A DNA stretch of 50,694 nt from Planctomycetota bacterium (GTDB lineage: Bacteria > Planctomycetota > Brocadiia > Brocadiales > Brocadiaceae), in NCBI GenBank assembly GCA_023261445.1, contig JAHFOX010000005.1:1-50694 (forward strand), given 5' to 3'. Below the pieces are notes generated by a model. That model was not told the origin of the DNA. It did not search any database and saw only the letters and a program-made list of their open reading frames with translations. This document shows positions 45,367 to 50,694 of this stretch, one piece after another. Each line of letters starts with the position of its first letter. The stretch's first letter is position 1. Made by a program: the position numbers and the translations under genes.

Positions 45367-46304
45367 TAATTTTAGGGTTTATTGCACTAAATTTTACGCG
45401 CAATACTGGTCTTGCTATAAAAACTGAAATCACTTTTACCGAGCGTGTAAAAAATATTTATGCCGCACGTGGAGCCTGTATCTATGCTACTCAAATGTTA
45501 TTACAAAAAGAACAGAAGAAAGAAACCCAAAGTGGTAGTTCCGTAAAACTAAAAAATACCGAAGAACAAGATGCGGATAAGAAACATAAATCAAACGTCG
45601 TATGGACTCCCAGTGAGAGACCATATTCACTAAAAATAGGTGATAGAAGTTGTAAGATATTTATTAGTGACGAAGGTGCAAAAATAAATGTAAATAAAAT
45701 TACAAATGAAACGAAATCTGGTTTCATTAAAGTTCTAATTGCATATAAACTAGAAGAATTTGATGCGGAAATTATAACAGATTCTATACTTGATTGGTTG
45801 GACGAAGATGATTTACATCACGTCAACGGAGCGGAAAAGCAGTATTATGATACATTACCAGAACCATACGAACCAAAAAACGGCCCCTTTGAAACCATCG
45901 AAGAACTAGCATTAGTTCGTGGCGTTACCCCAGAAATATTTGAACTACTACGGGAACACTTAACAATTTATGGAACTGGCAAAATCAACATCAATTTTGC
46001 ACCAAAGGAAGTCCTTCTTTATGTCCCTATGGTTACCCAGGAAGTAGCTGAGGCAATAGTTGAATTCCGTAGAAAACACAAAATAATTAGAAACGCTAAA
46101 GTTTTAAAGGAAATATTCAGGCCTTTTGGAATTATTGGTGCAGATTTTCAAAAAATTATTAACTATATAACAATAGACAACTCAAACTACATGACGATTA
46201 ATTCAATTTCCTCTTCTGCAGATAATAAAGTGAATAATTCTTACAGGGTACTCGTTCAAAAAGGCATTGATTTTTGTAGAATTATTGCGACTTATCCTGA
46301 ATAA
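45240..46304 (+). CDS. gspK: GspK-like minor pseudopilin
   Basis: Hydrophobic N-terminal helix HG|YVLIFSLWAIVILGFIAL lacking Glu+5 (a GspK trait). HhH-like region FETIEELALVRGVTPEIFELLREHLTIYGTGKININFAPKEVLL. The only canonical start is ATG 45240, giving a 127-nt overlap with the upstream gene. Confidence 0.72.
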   Translation: MERKSNRKNPDGGKVGSIKKWKGARAYISDHGYVLIFSLWAIVILGFIALNFTRNTGLAIKTEITFTERVKNIYAARGACIYATQMLLQKEQKKETQSGSSVKLKNTEEQDADKKHKSNVVWTPSERPYSLKIGDRSCKIFISDEGAKINVNKITNETKSGFIKVLIAYKLEEFDAEIITDSILDWLDEDDLHHVNGAEKQYYDTLPEPYEPKNGPFETIEELALVRGVTPEIFELLREHLTIYGTGKININFAPKEVLLYVPMVTQEVAEAIVEFRRKHKIIRNAKVLKEIFRPFGIIGADFQKIINYITIDNSNYMTINSISSSADNKVNNSYRVLVQKGIDFCRIIATYPE

Positions 46305-46324
46305 AGTTTAACGAATTAGACAAT

Positions 46325-47593
46325 ATGAACAAACTGCCTTTTGTTAGTATGTTTTCTCAAAGAGCAATGGGATTATCCATAAACGGGAATGACCTTGTAA
46401 TAACGACTGTTTGCAGAAAACTGGTTAAATATACACATGAAACATTTAAAATCAAAGATTTTATACTCAAGGACACCACCCAATTAAACCCCTCTATAAT
46501 TCAACGGGAAAAATTCGTAGAGGAAATTATTCTCTCTTTACCAAGGGAACTAGCCATTGTAAGAGAAATTGATTATCCACATTCTAACCTCAAAGAGCTA
46601 AGAGAAGCGCTTGGATATCAATTGGATAGCTTTATTCCTTTTAAAAATGAAGATGTTTATTTTGATATTCATCCTGTATCTCAAGCCAGACACGAAACAA
46701 AGGTTCTCATTGTCGCTGTCAAAAAACCAGAATTGGATAATATCTTATTAAAGTTGCAAGCCTTGGAGATTACACCTTCACGGGTTATTATTTCACCTTT
46801 CGCATTCCTCCCAATTCTCGAGGAAAAAAAGGGGACTGTTGTATTAGCCAGTAAAAACACAAGCAATTATAGCTACAATCTATTTGAAAATAGTCACTTG
46901 GTTATATCCTCTATTGCAAAAACTGAGGTTGAATTGACTAACCAAATCAAAACAAAACCTCCGGATGAAATATTATTAATAAACTTTAACAATGGATTTT
47001 TATCAAATGAATACAAGATTCCTTTTCAATTACTGGATGAATACTCTGAATCATACGGTGCAGGACTTTATGGTTTGTCAAACTACCCATGCAACCTAAG
47101 TCTTGTTAAATTTCACAAAAAACGATTAAATACCCAAATTACATCAATGTGTTTCTTTATAGGTCTTTTAATGTTATTTGCATTTCTTATTCCATATATT
47201 CAAAAGATAAATAATCTGGCACTACTAAAAACTGTAAATACCCAAATCAAATCAATCAAAAAAGATGTTTCAACTGTTGAAAAAATACACGAACGTATAA
47301 CGGCCCTTGACGAAACTATTACCCATGTCAATAATATAAGAGAGAAATATACTCCCAGACTTGATGTAATATTGGAATTGGCAAAGGTATTACCCAACGA
47401 TGCATGGGCAAAGGCCGTTACAATTGCAGGCAACTCTTTCGAACTAGAAGGCGATGCAGTATCCTCAACCAATTTGATACCAACTTTAGAAAGCTCTCCT
47501 CTTTTTTCGGGAGTAGGCTTGTCCTCTCCTGTCACAAAAACACAAAGCGGCAGAGAAAAATTCAGAATAAGAGGAACTATTGAGAAACACTAA
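46325..47593 (+). CDS. PilM-like (actin-fold) cytoplasmic domain fused through one TM to a PilN-like periplasmic domain (GspL-like architecture)
   Basis: N-terminal GLSINGNDLVITTV..., LPRELAIVREIDYP...LREALGYQLDSFIPF...VLIVAVKKPELDNILLKLQALEITPSRVIISPFAFL (PilM pattern). TM ITSMCFFIGLLMLFAFLIPYI. C-terminal LDVILELAKVLPNDAWAKAVTIAGNSFELEGDA (PilN/GspL periplasmic pattern). Confidence 0.62.
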   Translation: MNKLPFVSMFSQRAMGLSINGNDLVITTVCRKLVKYTHETFKIKDFILKDTTQLNPSIIQREKFVEEIILSLPRELAIVREIDYPHSNLKELREALGYQLDSFIPFKNEDVYFDIHPVSQARHETKVLIVAVKKPELDNILLKLQALEITPSRVIISPFAFLPILEEKKGTVVLASKNTSNYSYNLFENSHLVISSIAKTEVELTNQIKTKPPDEILLINFNNGFLSNEYKIPFQLLDEYSESYGAGLYGLSNYPCNLSLVKFHKKRLNTQITSMCFFIGLLMLFAFLIPYIQKINNLALLKTVNTQIKSIKKDVSTVEKIHERITALDETITHVNNIREKYTPRLDVILELAKVLPNDAWAKAVTIAGNSFELEGDAVSSTNLIPTLESSPLFSGVGLSSPVTKTQSGREKFRIRGTIEKH

Positions 47594-47596
47594 AAT

Positions 47597-48205
47597 ATGG
47601 AAAAACTTTTAGAACGCTTTAAAAGATTTAAGACAAGAGAAAGGGTACTATTAATTGCTGCAATAATCGTTCTCTTTTATATCGGCATTGACAGAATGGC
47701 AATCACTCCTTTCTTAAAGTCAATTACTGAAACTAAAGAGCGTCTTGAGACACAACAAAAACTATTGACGAAATATCGTTCCTTTGTAACCAATAAAAAA
47801 CAATATGAAACAAGGTTAAACGATTTAGAACAATATTATGCGGAACTCAAAGATAAATTTCTGTCCGAAAAAACAGAAGACATTGCCTCAGCAAAATTAC
47901 AGGATATTGTAGATGAACTGGCTGACAAGATTGGATTTGATGTAGCCAGAAGTACAGTTTTAAAAAAAGAAATAATCAATAAAAATCCATATCTAATTGC
48001 TATATCAATCAATGTCGAAATAAACGACATAAACAGCTCTCAGAAGCTACAAAGTTTTTTGCATAGCATAGAATACAATAATGACATACTACTTTTTATT
48101 GACGATATAAGAATCAAAACACTAGGGTTAAGTGCTGTAAAAGGTGCAACAATTTCTTCCACCTTCACTGCCATTGCTTCAATAGAAATGGAAAAGAAGT
48201 CATAA
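47597..48205 (+). CDS. PilO/GspM-like bitopic assembly protein
   Basis: Short cytoplasmic N-terminus, TM (VLLIAAIIVLFYIGI), long coiled-coil, then a small alpha/beta C-terminal region. Position after the PilMN-like gene. Confidence 0.45.
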   Translation: MEKLLERFKRFKTRERVLLIAAIIVLFYIGIDRMAITPFLKSITETKERLETQQKLLTKYRSFVTNKKQYETRLNDLEQYYAELKDKFLSEKTEDIASAKLQDIVDELADKIGFDVARSTVLKKEIINKNPYLIAISINVEINDINSSQKLQSFLHSIEYNNDILLFIDDIRIKTLGLSAVKGATISSTFTAIASIEMEKKS

Positions 48206-48210
48206 CGTGT

Positions 48211-48831
48211 ATGAACTCCGCTAATGCCAATATAAAATTATTACAGCTTGTAACGCACATCTTTGGTAAGAGTACAAAGAAATGGAAGCATTATTTACCT
48301 ATAATAAACCTTGTCTTACTAACTGGGGTAATCAGCCTCGTAACTATTATTGTGTTGTTAGTTTATTATCCCCCAAAAAATGTATTCAAATCAGAAAAAC
48401 ATATAGAAGAAAACCCTATAAATAATATTCCGTTACCCCCGCTGGACATGAATGTCAAACCGATAGATTATTATGGACTCGCACTGACAAACAATCCTTT
48501 TTCGCCAACTCGTACTGCCTGGAACCCTCCAGAAACAAAGACAGCATCAAAACAAGGGAAATCTGTAGGAGCTGTAACACCTGTAGAACAAAAAAAACCT
48601 AAAGAACCACCTAAAAAGATTAATTTGCGTGGAATTATTATTATAGGAGACACCAAAAAGGCATTAATAGAGAATCCGGATACAACTAAAAACAAAAACC
48701 CTTTCATTTATATTGAGGAGGGTGATGAAATTGCAGAGTACAAGGTAAAAAGCATTGAAGAAGAACAAATTAAGCTTGATTGGTACGGTGAAGAACAAAT
48801 TGTCATAATAAGATCAAATATAAAACAATAA
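48211..48831 (+). CDS. PilP/GspC-like protein (TM, Pro-rich linker, small beta domain)
   Basis: TM (LPIINLVLLTGVISLVTIIVLLVYY). Pro/Lys-rich linker (PPETKTASKQGK...KKPKEPPKK). C-terminal INLRGIIIIGDTKKALIENPDT...YIEEGDEIAEYKVKSIEEEQIKL resembles the HR/PilP beta-sandwich. Confidence 0.45.
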   Translation: MNSANANIKLLQLVTHIFGKSTKKWKHYLPIINLVLLTGVISLVTIIVLLVYYPPKNVFKSEKHIEENPINNIPLPPLDMNVKPIDYYGLALTNNPFSPTRTAWNPPETKTASKQGKSVGAVTPVEQKKPKEPPKKINLRGIIIIGDTKKALIENPDTTKNKNPFIYIEEGDEIAEYKVKSIEEEQIKLDWYGEEQIVIIRSNIKQ

Positions 48832-48837
48832 TATCTC

Positions 48838-50037
48838 ATGAGTAAGTTTAAATACAAATTACTAACTTCATCAAGTAGTGTCATCGAAGGTGAAAAAGAG
48901 GCTACCAGTAAGATAGATCTCATCAACGAACTGCGTAAATCTGGTCACATTATTCTAAATATTCACCAGATAACTAAGGATAAGAAATCTGGATTTTTTC
49001 AAAATCGTACAAGCAAGAAGGCTATTTTGCCTTTTACCCAAGAACTGGCAACGTTGCTCGAAGGAGGCATTCCAATAGACAAAAGCTTGTCTATTCTTTT
49101 GTCAGGGCATGACAATAAAATCAAAAACATTGTTGAAGATTTATTAAATGGGATTAAGGGTGGTAAGTCCTTTGCTGAAGCGCTTACAAACCATGTCAAA
49201 TTATTCTCAAGTGTTTATATAAATATGATACGCGCTGGAGAAGAAGGTGGTGTGTTACCTCAGGTGCTTAAGAGATTAGGAACATTTCAAGAAAGACTAC
49301 AAAAAGTTAGAGGAGAAATTATTTCTGCAATGATTTATCCGCTCTTGTTAAGTAGTACAGGCCTTTTATCCGTTGGGGCGCTTATTGTTTACGTTATTCC
49401 CAAATTTTCGCAAATCTTTGAAGGAATGGGTATCTCGCTTCCCTTTTCAACCATGATACTCATGGGTATCAGCCAATATTCCATAAAATATGGCTGGGCA
49501 CTAATCATTGTCATTATAGCTATATTCTTTTTGTACAAAAGGATAAGGAAGGATAAGAACATATCTATAAAAATGGATCAAAAAATGTTGAAACTCCCCG
49601 TTGTTGGCAACCTTTTATGGAAAATACAAATATCCAGATTTGCCAGAACACTCGGCACATTATTGGAAAATGGCGTTCCACTCCTTAAATCCATGGATAT
49701 TGTTAAAGATGTTTTATCGAATCAATATCTCGCTAATATTTTAATAGATATAAAGATTAATGTAAAAGAGGGGGCAAGTCTTACGTTATCGCTTGCACAA
49801 AGGGGATTTCTACCAGAAATTGCCGTACACCTCTTGAAAGTTGGTGAAGAAACAGGGAACTTAGACCAAATGCTTCTCAAGGTTGCAGATAATTTTGATA
49901 ACGACACCGAACAACGAATGAAGAGGCTTGTAACAATGATAGAACCGATGCTCATATTGCTTATGGGCGCTGTTATAGGCGTAATCGTTATTTCTATGTT
50001 AACGGCTATTCTTAGCGTAAACGACCTTAAGTTTTAA
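48838..50037 (+). CDS. gspF: Type II secretion / type IV pilus platform protein (GspF/PilC family)
   Basis: Duplicated T2SS-F domains (LATLLEGGIPIDKSLSIL and LGTLLENGVPLLKSMDIV). Three TM segments. About 400 aa. Confidence 0.88.
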   Translation: MSKFKYKLLTSSSSVIEGEKEATSKIDLINELRKSGHIILNIHQITKDKKSGFFQNRTSKKAILPFTQELATLLEGGIPIDKSLSILLSGHDNKIKNIVEDLLNGIKGGKSFAEALTNHVKLFSSVYINMIRAGEEGGVLPQVLKRLGTFQERLQKVRGEIISAMIYPLLLSSTGLLSVGALIVYVIPKFSQIFEGMGISLPFSTMILMGISQYSIKYGWALIIVIIAIFFLYKRIRKDKNISIKMDQKMLKLPVVGNLLWKIQISRFARTLGTLLENGVPLLKSMDIVKDVLSNQYLANILIDIKINVKEGASLTLSLAQRGFLPEIAVHLLKVGEETGNLDQMLLKVADNFDNDTEQRMKRLVTMIEPMLILLMGAVIGVIVISMLTAILSVNDLKF

Positions 50038-50049
50038 CTTGATTAATCA

Positions 50050-50160
50050 GGACGCAGATTTTCAAAGATACCGCAGACTCCGTCGTAAGCGCTTTGTCGA
50101 ACGACAATAATTTTATCTTCTTATTTATAAAACACTGAAAATCCTTGTTTATCTGTGTCC
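50050..50160. repeat. Inverted-repeat element downstream of gspF
   Basis: GGACGCAGAT (50050-50059) pairs with ATCTGTGTCC (50151-50160) (10 bp, one G-U). Contains an inner hairpin GTCGT...ACGAC (50082-50105) around the palindrome AAGCGCTT. Confidence 0.45.
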
Positions 50161-50179
50161 AAAGGCAATAAACTTATAA

Positions 50180-50694
50180 ATGAAAGAATGTTTCCTATCA
50201 ATAATAATCCCCGCTTATAACGAAGAAAAAAGGTTATTACCTACACTCAATAAGGTTTGTGCTTATCTTTCCTCAAAAAACTATTCCTATGAAATTATTG
50301 TGGTGGATGATGGCTCCTCAGATAACACGTTAAAAATGGCGCGTAATTTTGCTGGTTCGGACAAAAGCATCATCATCTTGACAAATGGACAAAACAAGGG
50401 CAAAGGTTATTCAGTTAGAAATGGCATGTTATCCGCAAATGGGAAATACATCTTCTTTACTGATGCAGACCTTTCTACACCTATCGAAGAAATAGATAAA
50501 TGCCTGCCATACCTTATAAATGAATATGACGTAGTCATAGGGTCAAGGAGTATGCCCGGTTCTAATATCATTGTTCATCAACCATGGTACAGAGAAAAGA
50601 TGGGTAAAATATTTAATTTTATGGTAAACATGGTATTGCTGGGAGGAATTGTAGATACACAGTGTGGCTTTAAAGGATTTAAAAGAGAAGTTGC
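50180..50694 (+). CDS. Family 2 glycosyltransferase (dolichyl/polyprenyl-phosphate glycosyltransferase-like), 5' part; continues past the window end
   Basis: Hand translation: MKECFLSIIIPAYNEEKRLLPTLNKVCAYLSSKNYSYEIIVVDDGSSDNT...FFTDADLSTPIEE...DTQCGFKGFKRE. GT-A motifs including DxD (TDAD) and QCGFK. Confidence 0.8.
   Translation, partial: MKECFLSIIIPAYNEEKRLLPTLNKVCAYLSSKNYSYEIIVVDDGSSDNTLKMARNFAGSDKSIIILTNGQNKGKGYSVRNGMLSANGKYIFFTDADLSTPIEEIDKCLPYLINEYDVVIGSRSMPGSNIIVHQPWYREKMGKIFNFMVNMVLLGGIVDTQCGFKGFKREV

Noticed and set aside
1-50694. Mobile elements, integrases, prophage or defence-system genes (RM, Cas, retron RT, Abi)
   Set aside because: No translation in the six-frame track shows transposase DDE, tyrosine/serine recombinase, reverse transcriptase, or nuclease/helicase defence signatures. 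The only mobile-type trace is the MazF fragment already reported.

Overview
AT-rich (about 40% G+C by eye, not computed), densely coding chromosomal window. No rRNA, CRISPR array, transposase, integrase or phage genes were recognised. Gene content fits an FtsZ-less, peptidoglycan-containing Planctomycetota-type genome, possibly an anammox/Brocadiales-like lineage; this is inference from gene content only. Layout: (1) 1-26 kb holds housekeeping genes on both strands: a YVTN beta-propeller protein (partial), J-domain/TPR protein, purC, an IMPase-family gene, nth, an aquaporin, pssA, purM, purF, thiE, murQ, nadD, larC, an archaeal-type PEP carboxylase, class II RNR nrdJ and queA. Two stretches stand out. 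A four-gene cassette (SPASM radical SAM, orphan helical membrane protein, B12-binding radical SAM, GT2 glycosyltransferase) sits between purF and purM. A decayed stretch at 16.2-18.0 kb contains a MazF/PemK toxin fragment. (2) 26.2-40.7 kb is a dcw cluster: mraZ-rsmH-ftsL-ftsI-orf92-murE-murF-mraY-ftsW-murG-murC-ddl-ftsQ. It has a three-box MraZ-type operator, no murD or murB, and no ftsA/ftsZ after ftsQ. (3) 40.7-50.0 kb holds a DUF1559 (H-X9-DG) pseudopilin, tRNA-Leu(GAG), and a type II secretion / type IV pilus-like cluster: lipoprotein secretin, two minor pseudopilins, GspK-like, PilM-PilN fusion (GspL-like), PilO/GspM-like, PilP/GspC-like and GspF. No assembly ATPase, prepilin peptidase or cluster-encoded major pilin is visible. 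(4) A partial GT2 gene lies at the right edge. Intergenic gaps carry several short palindromic or heptamer-repeat elements and one promoter-to-terminator unit without an ORF (candidate sRNA/leader at 570-834, minus strand). All product calls rest on motifs read from the supplied translations or my own hand translations; no database search was possible.
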